Assembly (NCBI GenBank): GCA_009859145.1
Contig: VRVR01000021.1
Coordinates: 20,001-268,000 of the forward strand
Source: Andalucia godoyi And28
Lineage: Eukaryota > Protista > Jakobida
Direction: 5' to 3'
DNA: 248,000 nt
The position numbers were made by a program, and so were the translations under genes. The first letter of the stretch is position 1, and every line of letters starts with the position of its first letter. Positions 221,046 through 233,018 of this stretch are shown in pieces. Under the pieces are notes generated by a model. That model had not been told where the DNA came from, did no database searches, and was given only the letters and a program-made list of their open reading frames with translations.

Positions 221046-222011
221046 CTAAGTACGTCTTGTCTTGGATGCAGAAGTGGGCCGGCTGTCTGGAGATTTCTTG
221101 GACCGCGGTGGAGAAAACGAATCACGACGGGATCTGTGTGTTCTAGGGGAGTACTTCTTGGCCATGTTTTCAGAGGCATCCTCGAGGTACGAGCTCAGGG
221201 TCAGGAAGCCATTCGATTCGAGGAGCTTACCTGCGCTCTTGCATTGCTTGCCAGGTACAAACAAGTCCGCTCCTGGAGAATGCAAAGGCGAAGCAGGGCT
221301 CTTCTTCACGTAAGGGTCTCCAATGTTGCAAGACTGCCCAGCCCTGGTGAGTTGCTTCTCCACATCGGAAACACCACCTCCGGGTCTCCAAGCGTTTCGA
221401 GGCAAGTCCGCCTCTCGAGATGCATACAGATCAATAATCCGTTCCTGCACGATCATCGATCTTGTCCTTTGCAACGGTGAAATGGACCTCATAGACTGCG
221501 AGTGCGCGAACCGTGAAGACCCGTGGGCCAGCGCGGTCTCCTCGCGCGCTGGAACTGATATCTCATTTACTCCGGCAGGCAGCCCCGACGGAGATTTTGG
221601 CGACGACTTTGACTGCTGTTTTTGTGGAGAAGTACGAGGGGACACGGGAACAGATACATTCTTCAGTCCAGGAAACCGATTTGCAATTCGTGCATCATCG
221701 AACAGTTTCGGAGGGGCCGCTTTCTTCTTGGCGCACTTCTCACAGACTCGTGGGTCTCCATTGTTGTAGCAGAAACACTGGAACAATTCATCTTCCGAAA
221801 TGCTGCCCATTGCAGAAACAGGAGACTTTGGCGACATTCGTTCAACCGCCATTTCAAACCGAACAACATCTTCTAGTGCTTCCTTGTATTGCGGAAGAAT
221901 TCTCTGACGCGGTCTCAACGAATCTTCATGCGTCACAAGGTCGCTTTTCCTGCCCGTAAACCTCCCTCGCACAGAACTGTCTCGACTCACGCCAATAAAC
222001 GACGGGGACGA

Positions 222012-222014
<3 letters not shown>
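221046..222014 (-). CDS. Hypothetical protein
   Basis: 322 aa ORF. Confidence 0.5.
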
Positions 222015-222073
<59 letters not shown>

Positions 222074-222209
222074 GTCTGTCTCTTGTCTCTTTTTATTCTA
222101 CGTTATCCTTGTACTTTATCTATGTGCTTTGCGTATGTGTTTGTTGTCGGGTTTACTTGGGTAACAATTGAAAATTTTTGAATCTAGCTAAAAAATAAAT
222201 AAATGAAAA

Positions 222210-222848
222210 CCGTTGAATAATGACACGTCATTGTCATGCATATACGGAAGTACGAATAAACAGACACGGTCGATAGTGGCCGACACTAGCACGTTTGCTT
222301 CACAGGGAATTCGTGCTTACGCACGCTCGGCCAAAATTCAGCCGGTGACACAGGCTCCGCATTTTCGACACTCTTTAACGCAGCATCCGTAGCCATCTAT
222401 TCTATCATTCGTTGGTTTCACTTTTTTTTGGTTTCACTTTTTTAATTCGCATATGGGCGTGAGTGCGCTAGGATGACGCATTCGCCTGCGCCTACGCCGC
222501 TCGATACAGGGCCTCCTAGGTCCCGCAGACCTCCTAAGAGACCGCGTGTCACTACGCCTACCGCCTCTTCCTCTCGCATCTCCAGGTGCATCAATCGCTG
222601 CAACTGAGGACACGAAAGCGCCTGCTGCTGCTAGGGCCGTCAGCATCAAAATGCACCCTTCTCAGGAACAACGTGTCTCGCCGAGAAAGTGGCTCACAGA
222701 GTGATCGAGATTGGGAACGGAGCGCGGGACATTTATCTGAAGAACGCCGTGAGGCGTGTTGGGGCCTATCCTCTTCCCGGCAACGGGATGCATGATTGAA
222801 TATGCATGTCTATTCGTAGATATGCATGTTCACCGTATAATGTAGGCG
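222210..222848 (+). mobile_element. Fanzor2/IS607-like element, family Fz-A copy 3 (most complete)
   Basis: CCGTTGAATAAT; RAVSIKMHPSQEQRVSPRKW fused to DRDW/NGARDIYLK; right end ATAATGTAGGCG. Confidence 0.87.
222755..222848 (+). ncRNA. Candidate Fanzor omegaRNA scaffold (family A variant)
   Basis: GTTGGG-GCCTAT..CCCGGCAAC stem-loop and 15 bp hairpin TGAATATGCATGTCT/AGATATGCATGTTCA. Confidence 0.65.
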
Positions 222849-223154
222849 AGCTTTTAAACATCAATCCTCGTTTCGAAAAGCAGCCCCGATTGCTCGGGGA
222901 AATCTGGTGGTTGTTCTTGGTTCGCGGCTCAGCCTTTGCAGCCTGTCGCTGTTGTAGTTGCAGCTGGGTCGCATGTCGACGAGTGTCAACATCATTTTGT
223001 GGAAAGGATTCAAATTCCCTCTGTTTCACTTTCGAAGAAACGAAGAAGCAAATCTGTCGGCGGACGATAGTCGGGAATATGCGGGATGAACCAAAGTCAA
223101 GCACACACGGAATAATATAGGACAAGCAGACGCGCGGGTCAAGGACAGGGACAG

Positions 223155-224258
223155 ATGCTAGACCTTGATGTTCTTGTGCAGCATGGATCGACGCAGGATG
223201 TTGAATTCCATGCAAAGTCATCGGGGCCAGAGTCATCGTTGGTGGTGTTGAAAGCCCGCATTCGGCGAGCGTGCGAAGAGGATGTTGGACCCGCATCGCA
223301 TCTTGTGCACACCGAGTTTCGCAGAGTGACGGATTTTCATCGTGGGTTTCTGGACATCACGTCGGATGAATACGCGGCAGGATTTATGGGACCGATGATC
223401 ATGGCAAGTGCAGATCGTTGCATTTGTCTGGCTGTCGAAACAGATTTTGCATCGTCTGCTGAACGGACGACGGATGGGAAGTGGGAAATGATCGCATTCA
223501 ACGGTCTTGATCTTGAAACCGACTTGTATTCTGTGGGGCCGATTGCGGTTGACAAGCGTGTTCAGGCGTTTGGAATCGGAAAGTGGCTCATGAAAACGAC
223601 TGTGGAGCTGAGTCGCCATTTGCACGCGCGCAACGCAGCTGCAGATCGCTCCTATCGATGCCGATTGACACAGGATGCGTTCAATGCGGCGACGATTTCC
223701 ATTTATGCGCAGCTGGGATTCCGCGTCGTGGAGCCGCTCGCATTTATGATTTTCGATTTAACCGCGGCCAACATCCAGAGATTGCAGACGAGGCTTGCGG
223801 CACAGCTAGGCGATGCACGATTCCGAGTGGACGATATGCAGTTGTCGGATGTGGACAGTTGCCATGAGCTTGGGATCCGTGTGTTGAGCATGCAGTTCGG
223901 TCGAATGCTGCATAGCCAACTAGCAGAGGGAAGTATTCCAGGTGCGAGCGTTGTTCGAGACGTACAGGCTGGCCAAGTACTGGGCTGGTCCACGGGAATT
224001 ACGGACATTGATAAGATCACGATTGCTGCTGATCAGTCGTCATTTCGATATCTCCTTGCACACATGGTTCTTCGTGCGTACTCTACGAAGACGGCACCGA
224101 CGCGTGCCATGATTCTCATCCAAACGCGGTTTTTGTGCGACGAGTTTGTGTGGCTGATGGACGGCGGATGGCGGACTGCGAAGCAAAACATGCAGATGGC
224201 GATTGGCGAGTACAACACTCCTCGAGGCTTTGCAACGACGGCCATTCAAGGGTACTGA
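223155..224258 (+). CDS. GNAT-family acetyltransferase, prokaryote-like
   Basis: SVGPIAVD..QAFGIGKWLM motif A, RLTQDAFN..IYAQLGF. Confidence 0.8.
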   Translation: MLDLDVLVQHGSTQDVEFHAKSSGPESSLVVLKARIRRACEEDVGPASHLVHTEFRRVTDFHRGFLDITSDEYAAGFMGPMIMASADRCICLAVETDFASSAERTTDGKWEMIAFNGLDLETDLYSVGPIAVDKRVQAFGIGKWLMKTTVELSRHLHARNAAADRSYRCRLTQDAFNAATISIYAQLGFRVVEPLAFMIFDLTAANIQRLQTRLAAQLGDARFRVDDMQLSDVDSCHELGIRVLSMQFGRMLHSQLAEGSIPGASVVRDVQAGQVLGWSTGITDIDKITIAADQSSFRYLLAHMVLRAYSTKTAPTRAMILIQTRFLCDEFVWLMDGGWRTAKQNMQMAIGEYNTPRGFATTAIQGY

Positions 224259-224378
224259 GCGGTTACGAATGCGGGGGATTTGGTGCTCGGAGAAGACGAC
224301 GACGACAGAAAGAAAGAAAGAAATAAAATGAATGAATGTGATTTACTAATACAGAAACATTGACGAATAGCGCCGAGT

Positions 224379-225674
224379 CTAGAATGAAGGTGGATTGGAC
224401 TTGATGTCATCCGCAAGTGTTGATATCGCTGCAATTGTTCCAAGGATCGCCAGCACAACACCAATGACGGTGACAGCGATGTAGTAGAATCTTTTCAAGA
224501 ACCCCAAAGTGGCGAATTCGATCTTGACGAAGAACAGCGCGGGGAAAACAAATGTCAAGAACGAGTTGAAGAGCGCCCCGATGAGAGCCAGGAGGTCGCC
224601 AAAGAACGGAACGACGACCGCAAGCACCACGCAAGTCGCAAAGACCGCCGATCGAAATGCAGTTCTCCAGAGAAAACGGTTGGCCCACGGCCTCTTTCCC
224701 TCAATGGTGAGCAGAACCGGGTTGAGGACCACCGGGCAGATGGACATGACATGTGCAGTGACCGCAGCAATTGCAATGATCGTCAAGGGAGCGCCCTTTT
224801 CCATGTTCAGCACAATCGGTGACGTCGTTTTGCTTCCATACGCGCCATATCCAATCGCAGCCACAAGTGCGTACACGGCCATGATGAAAGCGCTTGCGGA
224901 GCGCATCGACCAGCCGAACGAGTACGGATTCTTCATAGACGCCACGACCGAAGGAGCCACAGCTTGGACTCCGTACGCCAGACTGACGGATGCCATCGCC
225001 ATGGGAACTCCACGGAACTTGAATACTTCCTGACCAGAGTGGGCATCGTCTCTGCTGATGACCGATGAAGCGTCAATGACAACTGCAATGGACGCAAACA
225101 GCGATGCAAACGCCCCGAGTGCAGTCAGCCAAGGCGAGTCATGGACTTGCCGAATCCACACGGTTGGGAGAACCACTGCGCCGGAAATCATGATCCACAC
225201 CGCAGTCGAGGGCATCGTTTGCGAGCTTGAAGCAGCACTCGATGCGATTGCATGCAGATTGACGCCTGAAAGCACAAGAAACAGCGTTGCGACCGCATAT
225301 AGCGCCGTTTTGTGCACGCAAAGCACAGCGATTCTGCCGTATTTCCCGTAGGCTTTTTCGCCTATGTCCGCATAAGTAGACAGGTTGTGTTTGAGCAACA
225401 GAGCAGCAATTGCCTCGGTCGTCGAGTTGGACACAATGCACACAAGAGCCATAAGAGGAAGAGTCAGCCATCCAGCCAGCGACACCGCATAAGGAAGAGA
225501 CAAGAGACCACCGCCCATGATGATTCCAACAAGACTCACCGCCGTGCGACTTGTGGACAGATGCGCCACAGCATGAGCATCTTTCGACGGAGAAGAAGAA
225601 GACTCGGATAGCAGTGACCGCGACTCGGATAACAGCGACCGCGACTCGTAATCACTGTTGTTCGAAAGCGACAT
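224379..225674 (-). CDS. Amino acid transporter (AAAP/Aa_trans family)
   Basis: GGGLLSLPYA, TYADIGEKAYG, FFGDLLALIGA. Confidence 0.9.
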   Translation of the reverse strand: MSLSNNSDYESRSLLSESRSLLSESSSSPSKDAHAVAHLSTSRTAVSLVGIIMGGGLLSLPYAVSLAGWLTLPLMALVCIVSNSTTEAIAALLLKHNLSTYADIGEKAYGKYGRIAVLCVHKTALYAVATLFLVLSGVNLHAIASSAASSSQTMPSTAVWIMISGAVVLPTVWIRQVHDSPWLTALGAFASLFASIAVVIDASSVISRDDAHSGQEVFKFRGVPMAMASVSLAYGVQAVAPSVVASMKNPYSFGWSMRSASAFIMAVYALVAAIGYGAYGSKTTSPIVLNMEKGAPLTIIAIAAVTAHVMSICPVVLNPVLLTIEGKRPWANRFLWRTAFRSAVFATCVVLAVVVPFFGDLLALIGALFNSFLTFVFPALFFVKIEFATLGFLKRFYYIAVTVIGVVLAILGTIAAISTLADDIKSNPPSF

Positions 225675-226345
225675 TTCTCAAAACCGAAAATGAAAATTAA
225701 AAAAGTAAGTGTGATTATTGTTTGATTTTCTTCTTCTTCTTCTTCTTCTTCTTCTTCTTCTTCTTCTACTTTGTTTCCTTCTTTTTCTGTGTATCTAAAT
225801 TGTAAACGACTTGTGGATGTGTGATCTATACCATTCTGTAGAAAGCTTTCGCAAAATTTAAATATGCAGCAACGGACCACTCACGACAACGATGATGCAC
225901 CGGCTGCGAGGTCTGGATTGGCGTTTGTTGTGCGGGCCTTGCGGAAGAATCAAAACAACGCCACTTTGCCCAGCTGAAAGCGTTGGATTACAGTTGGTTT
226001 GGAGGGAGACTTGGCCAACTGGAATGACACTTTTTTTTAATTAAAGTATTTCGGAATTGCGGACTGACACTGCTCATTTTTCTGGGTCTTTTATTTCTTT
226101 CGGACTGACATTGAGTACTGTACACGTCACTCACCACACACCCTTCCATGAAATTGAAGGCATGCAAATATGAATTGTCAACAGAATGCTTGTTATGTCG
226201 CCTTTTCTCACACTCTTGGCTTTTTCCCCATTCTTTCTCTGAAACTCCAGGGCTTTCTGTTGTTTGCATCCCGTCAATCTCCGCTTGCAGTAACGTGACC
226301 TCCTTTGACGAACAGCAAAACAAAACAGATAAAACAGATAGACAC

Positions 226346-226426
<81 letters not shown>

Positions 226427-226440
226427 AGAATTGAACGGAA

Positions 226441-227887
226441 ATGTCTCTCCACAACATTTCGTCTTCAAAATCGTTGAATTCTTTCGCAATTGCTGGCTCG
226501 CATGCACCGAGACCGTCGGTATCTACGGATGAACGCCTCGATTTGACGGATACCACATCGCTGTTGCAGGGGCTGCGACGCGGATTCCAGAAGTTCAGAG
226601 AAGGGTACTTTGCAGATCACGTGGATCTCTTCCGATGGCTCTCGCTCCATGGCCAGAAACCTCGAGCCATGATGATTTCTTGCTGCGACGTATGTCTCCT
226701 GCTCTTGCTGCCTTCCCCCCTCCGCTTTTTCCTCGTTTCACATTTTCCTCGTTTCATCCCATGCCGTTCAGACGATTAATGCCAATTTTCCCACCCATCT
226801 TTAACTATTCTGTCATTCCATTTTTCATTTTGTTGATGCATAGAGCCGTGCCGATCCTGGAATTATGTTTTCGTCGCCTCCTGGAGACTTGTTTGCTGTT
226901 CGAAACGTGGCAAATCTAGTTCCCACGTATGAATTCACGGATTCCGGACATCATGGAACGACTGCTGCGATTGAGTTTGCGGTGAATTTTCTCAAAGTTC
227001 GACATATCATTGTTATGGGTCACCGTATGTGTGGTGGCGTGAAGGCATTGATGGAAAATCCATGGGAGGATCAGCAAGGCCACGTGCAGCATTCGCAATC
227101 TCAGTTGGCGGGACTTGCGCCGCACACGCATCACCACCACCACAGCCATGCGCACGGATTGGGAACCAGCTACGGGCACAGCAAAGTTGGAAGGCACATC
227201 TACGCTCATGATGATACTGTACAAGCATCGCACTCCCTTATACCAAGCCCGAGCGGATCGTACGGTCATGATCTCACCGCCCTTGGGGTGCCGGAGGCCG
227301 TGCCGGAAGTTTCCATGACGTCCCCCTCTCCTTCCTCTTCGAACTTGAGTAACATTAACCCATTTTCGCTGGGTGCTGCCACGGCGCCGTCGTCACCAGC
227401 GACCAATATTGCGAATCCCAATTCGACGAGTCCACCCGGCCGGGACGTGTCGACCGCGGAATTGGCATCATTGGCCATCAATGCTGACGGCGAAAAGGAA
227501 AAGGTGTCGCCAAAAGCTGAGCTGCCGAATCATATCGCCAACTGGATGATGATTGCACAGGTGGCGAAGCAACGCACGCTAAAGAAGCATCGGATTCGAT
227601 CGCTGGACCAGGTGCCGAAGAGCGAACGCGATGCGGTCCTGTTCTCTGCGGAGCTCGAATCAGTCCGCCTTTCCATTGAGAATTTGCTCACGTTTCCGTA
227701 TGTTGCAGAAGCTGTTCGCAAAGGAGAGTTACACTTGCACGGGATGCATTTTGACTTTACGAACGGGTCCCCGATCCTTCGAGTGCTCAGGCGTGACACG
227801 GGCGAGTTTGTTAGCATCGACGAGATCGAAGAGCTGTGGAGCGATGAGGATGAATACGGAGAAACCGTGTCGCAGTTTGAATTTTGA
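226441..227887 (+). CDS. Beta-carbonic anhydrase, one intron (226690-226843)
   Basis: QKPRAMMISCCD|SRADP, RNVANLVP, GHRMCGG, ENLLTFPYV. Confidence 0.92.
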
Positions 227888-228533
227888 TCTTTCAGGAAGA
227901 AGAAAAAGGAGAGAGAGAGAAAAGAAAAGAAAGAGTGAACATGTCTGTCAGCGTCAAATAGATAGTAGACTAAAAACCCCCGGGCGATCGTCTGTATGTG
228001 TGTGTATGTATGTGTGTGTGTGTGTGTGCATGTGTTAGTGTTTTTTTTTTTTTTTTTTTGTATGCTTGTGTCTGTGTAGGAGGAGTAAAGGAAGCAAGAA
228101 AAATGATGTGCAGAACGACGAAAATGCACCACAACGCTCTCTGGTACGCAAGACACGACTGACACGCAGTCTTTCGAGTCGACGAAGTTCGATGGAAACG
228201 CTTGGAGCCTTCTCTACCCTTTTTTGGCCGACTGATTCGTCATCCATTATCCATTATCCATCATCTCTCAAAAGACACCTTTGCTCCTCGTCTCACACGC
228301 ACTCTCTCTTTCTCTCTCTCAACTATTTGTTTTTCGCTTCCTTTCCTTGTTTGTAGTTTTCAAATTATAGTGTGTTTCGGGTTTTTAATTAATGGATTGC
228401 ACGATATATTGTACCATAGGAATTTTCTCTCTCCGTTCTATTTGAGTTTAGTTATTGTAATTTTTTCCCCCCGTAATTTTTATTTGATTGTGCGTCTTTT
228501 TCTTTTCACTCCCCTTTCACTCCTCTTGTTGAC

Positions 228534-230444
228534 ATGGCTTTGCATGTCCCGTTTGCCAAAGGAAAGAGCAAAGGAGCTGCTGATCATTGCGGTGAACAGC
228601 CCACGGATTCTGGCTCCAAGTGCGACGACGACACAGAAATTTGTGCAAAGACATCCGAGATGAACCTCGATAATAGCGAAGCAACAATGTATTCAGACGA
228701 CGATTCGTTTGACGGGGACGACGAAGAGGGGTATTCATCATCATCAGAAGACGAAGAAATATACGATGTTGATGAAGGCTTTGGTGGAATCCAGTTTGAT
228801 TCCGACTCGAGTGTCGATCACGACGACGAGAATGATGATGCTGTTTTGCAGAACGAGGTCTCGGAAATAGACAGGGTTGTGCACGCGATTTTGGATTTGG
228901 TCTCGGAGTCCGATGACTCCAATGGTCGACCTTCGTCTGTTTCTTCTCTTCGAAACTCTTCGGAATATCCGTGTGGTGCTTCGCTTACTTCTACTGCGCC
229001 GATTCCAATCAGGAGCCACGGCAATCTCACGCTGAATGGGAACGGAGCTTATGCGTATTCGTGTTCGTCGACAGACTCGAATTCCGCTCTGTTGGGGCAG
229101 TCTCCGGCAAGCACCGCAGGCTGTTCGTTCGGCCAGTCTCCTCAGCTGCCTGCGCACATCATGCGAGTTCCGAGATCCTCCTCGAAGAAGGCGCAACGAG
229201 TGCTCCAGACACACCAGCAAAAACGACGGAATTCGCATTCCTCGTCCAAAAAGAAGAAAACTAGAATCCGAAATGCAGAATTGCTGGCAAAGGAAGAAAA
229301 AGTGAGCGATGCGGCTGTGCAAGGCGCAATCCAAACAGATCCTTCTCCGGGTACGTTTCACTCAAGTGTTTATGCTAGCCGTACGTTCCTCGTTCCCGGT
229401 GTTCCGCTGGCGCTGCCACATCATCGAGGCGCGCAGCATTCAACGGCCTTGAATGCTGCGAACGCGAGGCCGGATGAAGCGGTGACCCAAGGCGAGCATG
229501 AACATTTCCAGACCCTGGTGCACATCGGACAGCCGGCGCTGTTCCATCATACAATGTCAGCGATCAGTATGTTCCCGGAGTTTCCCAATCCTCCTTTGCA
229601 TGCGCATCAGATGCGACGGACGGCATCTGAAGGCATAGGACAAAATTCGAATCCCGTTTGCTGCGTTGTATGCTATCGGGTTGCTTCCATGGCCCGGTCT
229701 TCCGGCGCGGAACGCGGACTCGGACTCGGACTCGGACACGGACACGCACCTGGGATGACGGGTCTGCGAAGTGACGCGTCTCGTGAAGTGGTGTTTGGGA
229801 ATTGGCTGTGCAAGTGCCCCGTTTGTTGGGACTGTGCTCAGCGTCATCTAACGCGTCTTCCTGTGGACAAGGGCATTCTGTACCTTACATGTGCCAAATG
229901 CAATATGCACTTATCTTTTGAAGATATTCGGAAGCTGTGCACTCGCGAGGAGCAATTGCTGTTCTCTGAAGAACTCATTTCTCGATGGACCTCTCGGGTC
230001 CGTCACGAGTCTGCTGCCAGAGGATATATGCCGCTTCTAGTGTCAGTTGTTCGCGATTCCCAATGGTCTGTCCAGAAGGGGCTGGAAATTGTCGTGTTTG
230101 ACGAAGCTTCGTCTTCGGAAGTGCACAAGTGCGCCTTCTGCTGCGTCGAAGCATGCCAGTGTACTCCCGAGAAGGACGTGCTCTTCTCTTCGTTCCACAG
230201 ACTATTTGCGAATCGTGGAGAGCGGCATCGCTTCTTTGCAATGTTCCAGGACAAAGAACACTTGTTTGTTGTTCCGCAGTCTACGAAATCGGAGGACATG
230301 ACGCAGCGAGATATTTTACGTGCTCTGACTCGTCTTGGAGTTGCCGCAACGCTCTGTGACAAGTGTCATGTGGTGGTTTCGCGAGACGAAGGATGCTCCC
230401 TTTCATCATGTCCGAGATGCGGGACAATGGTCCCCATTCACTAA
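228534..230444 (+). CDS. Acidic protein with RING/IBR-like Cys motifs
   Basis: CCVVC..CKCPVCWDC..CAKC; C-terminal CDKCHVVVSRDEGC...CPRCG. Confidence 0.55.
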   Translation: MALHVPFAKGKSKGAADHCGEQPTDSGSKCDDDTEICAKTSEMNLDNSEATMYSDDDSFDGDDEEGYSSSSEDEEIYDVDEGFGGIQFDSDSSVDHDDENDDAVLQNEVSEIDRVVHAILDLVSESDDSNGRPSSVSSLRNSSEYPCGASLTSTAPIPIRSHGNLTLNGNGAYAYSCSSTDSNSALLGQSPASTAGCSFGQSPQLPAHIMRVPRSSSKKAQRVLQTHQQKRRNSHSSSKKKKTRIRNAELLAKEEKVSDAAVQGAIQTDPSPGTFHSSVYASRTFLVPGVPLALPHHRGAQHSTALNAANARPDEAVTQGEHEHFQTLVHIGQPALFHHTMSAISMFPEFPNPPLHAHQMRRTASEGIGQNSNPVCCVVCYRVASMARSSGAERGLGLGLGHGHAPGMTGLRSDASREVVFGNWLCKCPVCWDCAQRHLTRLPVDKGILYLTCAKCNMHLSFEDIRKLCTREEQLLFSEELISRWTSRVRHESAARGYMPLLVSVVRDSQWSVQKGLEIVVFDEASSSEVHKCAFCCVEACQCTPEKDVLFSSFHRLFANRGERHRFFAMFQDKEHLFVVPQSTKSEDMTQRDILRALTRLGVAATLCDKCHVVVSRDEGCSLSSCPRCGTMVPIH

Positions 230445-230923
230445 TTCGAAAGCCGTCATTTTTGCTTTCACGTTCGTGTGCTTCCATAAACGACTCTGTA
230501 TCATTCGTTCGTTCATTGTTGTCCAGTATTTGTTGTTGTTGTTGTTGTTCTTCTTTTTTCTTTCCCGAATCTCGATCCTTTCAACCCCCCCTTTCCCCCC
230601 CCTCCCCTCTGTCGCCTTCCTCTTCACCCGTCGTTTTTGCACGAGCAGGCATGCAATGATCGGACGCATATGTCAAAGTTTCCATGACAGGCGGGGAATT
230701 CTTTTGTTTCCATCCGAATGTTTCCGCCAATGTTCGCGACCCGACACTCGACTGGCAACCTGCATCACTATGTAGCTTTTCTTTTCGCTATATCATCATT
230801 GTTGATTTTCTTTTCTTTTCTTTCCTGTTTTATTTTATTTTATTTTATTTTTTCTTCTTTTCATGCTGAATTGGAGCAGCAAGATATAGGACAGAAAAAG
230901 GAGAAGTCGTTGGTGAGAAGAAA

Positions 230924-232435
230924 ATGGCGATGATGTTATCTTCATCTTCATCTTCATCTTCATTGTCTTCTGCGACAGTGTCCTCGACTGCTTTGGAGAC
231001 ACATCCGTCAGTCTCGCCGGTCGTGCGTTCGATTCCGCATTCTCGAACCGTTTCATTTACAAGCTCCACTTCTGAAGGCATGATTGCATCCAACCTCGCT
231101 TCTTCTTCTTCTTCTTCTTCCGCCGCTGCTTCTTCCGCTTCTTCTGCATTTCCGAAGAATGAAACGCATGTGTTAATCGATGCTTCGTCAGTGCGCCGAC
231201 GTGTGGCGAATGAGCCAGCTGCGTCCTCGGGTGGAGGTGGAGGTGGAGGTGCTGATGCTCATGTTGACGCAGATCTTGGCGACTTTTCCTTGTATTTGAA
231301 ATCAGAAGAAGAGCTCAAGTCAACTCAGAAGAACCTCCGGCAGTTCTATGCACTTCAGAATGAATACATTGCGACGATTCGACAGTGGCGAGCATCCAAG
231401 AAGTTCAGAGGGAGCACGGGTTCTCCGACTTCTGAACACGTTCCCATTCACGACCTCTCTTCTTCGGAAGAGACGGGTGAAGAAGCAGGGAATCCGTCTA
231501 GCAATGACCAGAAAATAACAGAGAATGCGAAACTTCGACGAACGGCGCAGCGTGCTCTAGTCATTTCGTTCTGGGCGAATGTTCTGCTCCTGATAATCCG
231601 TGTTGCGGCTGTGATCTTTACACCTTCGCTGTTGATGATTACTGCGGTGGTAGACGGTTCGTTGGATCTGTTGTCAGGTGCCGTGCTGTTTGTGACTTCG
231701 AAGATCATGAGTTCCAAGCACCAAGATGTCCACAACTATCCTGTAGGGGTCTCGCGGATGGAGCCTTTGGGAATTTTGATGTTTGCATGCGTCATGTTCA
231801 CCGCTTCCATTCAGATCGTGCAAGAAGGTGTGATCCGTCTTGTGACGGAATCCACTCCGGCTCCGACCGATCTGATCTCCCTCTTTCTCATCTTGTCGAA
231901 CATCGTTGTCAAGATCTTTCTGTACCTCTACTGTAGACGAGTGGCCAACCGAACAGAATCGGGATCCGTGGATGCCACTGCGGACGACCACAGAAATGAC
232001 ATTTTTACGTCTTCTGCCATTTGCGTCGGCATTGTCACTACACAATACGTTTGGTGGCTGGATGCTGTCGGGGCGATTCTGCTCGCTCTCTACATCATGT
232101 TCAACTGGGTTATGGTATCGCTGGAGAACCTGAAGACTCTTTCTGGCTCCTCTGCAGATCCTGATACCCTCAGGTTCCTCACATATGTGGCCGCAAACCA
232201 CGACTCCAGAATTATGCAAGTGGACACTGTTCGGGCATACCGGCAAGGGCCGAGGTACTGGGTGGAATGCGACATTGTGCTTCCGCCCGATATGCACTTG
232301 GTAGAAGCACATGATATTGGGGAGTCGCTGCAGCATGCTTTGGAATCCGTCAAAGATGTCGAGCGCGCTTTCGTGCATCTGGATTACGAGACTGATCATA
232401 ATCCGATGAACGAGCATCAGCGACCTCTTTTGTAA
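230924..232435 (+). CDS. Cation diffusion facilitator (Mn-CDF/MTP type)
   Basis: DGSLDLLSG, YPVGVSRMEPLG, DDHRND, AHDIGESLQ, RAFVHLDY. Confidence 0.92.
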   Translation: MAMMLSSSSSSSSLSSATVSSTALETHPSVSPVVRSIPHSRTVSFTSSTSEGMIASNLASSSSSSSAAASSASSAFPKNETHVLIDASSVRRRVANEPAASSGGGGGGGADAHVDADLGDFSLYLKSEEELKSTQKNLRQFYALQNEYIATIRQWRASKKFRGSTGSPTSEHVPIHDLSSSEETGEEAGNPSSNDQKITENAKLRRTAQRALVISFWANVLLLIIRVAAVIFTPSLLMITAVVDGSLDLLSGAVLFVTSKIMSSKHQDVHNYPVGVSRMEPLGILMFACVMFTASIQIVQEGVIRLVTESTPAPTDLISLFLILSNIVVKIFLYLYCRRVANRTESGSVDATADDHRNDIFTSSAICVGIVTTQYVWWLDAVGAILLALYIMFNWVMVSLENLKTLSGSSADPDTLRFLTYVAANHDSRIMQVDTVRAYRQGPRYWVECDIVLPPDMHLVEAHDIGESLQHALESVKDVERAFVHLDYETDHNPMNEHQRPLL

Positions 232436-232955
232436 TGTCCCCATCGTCCATCTTCTTCTTCCTCACCGTTATCACCGTGATCACCATCAGCTCATCTCAC
232501 CATTTCTTGAACGTATGTCCTAACACCACGGCGTCAAACATGATCTCTATTTGTCGGACAGCATCGCAGTGATCACGAAAATGCGCGGCGACTGCCTATG
232601 CGCGAGGCCCCCTTTTACTGTTTTCAAAACTGCATGTAAAACCGTGCCCCCTCACAAGATAGTGCAAAGACCATACTCTCTCCATGTTTTCATCACTATA
232701 TAGGCACACATTCCTCTGCAAGCTGAACTCGCTGGCGAACGACGGCCGTCCGCAAAGATTGAAAAATCCTGAAGAGAATCATTGAGTGCAGCGGTCGTAG
232801 GTCGCTTTAACGGCAGGCGCGTAAAATCGAGATTTCATTTTGATGCTTATTATGAAAAATCGTCTATGTATTTTCCAATCTTTTCTTGGTTTCATTTTTT
232901 CTTGTTTTTCAGCTCGGTTTTGTATTTCCTCAAATTGGACATTCAGTGTGTATAC

Positions 232956-232992
<37 letters not shown>

Positions 232993-233018
232993 TCAGTGTT
233001 TGTCGAAGAGTACTTTAC

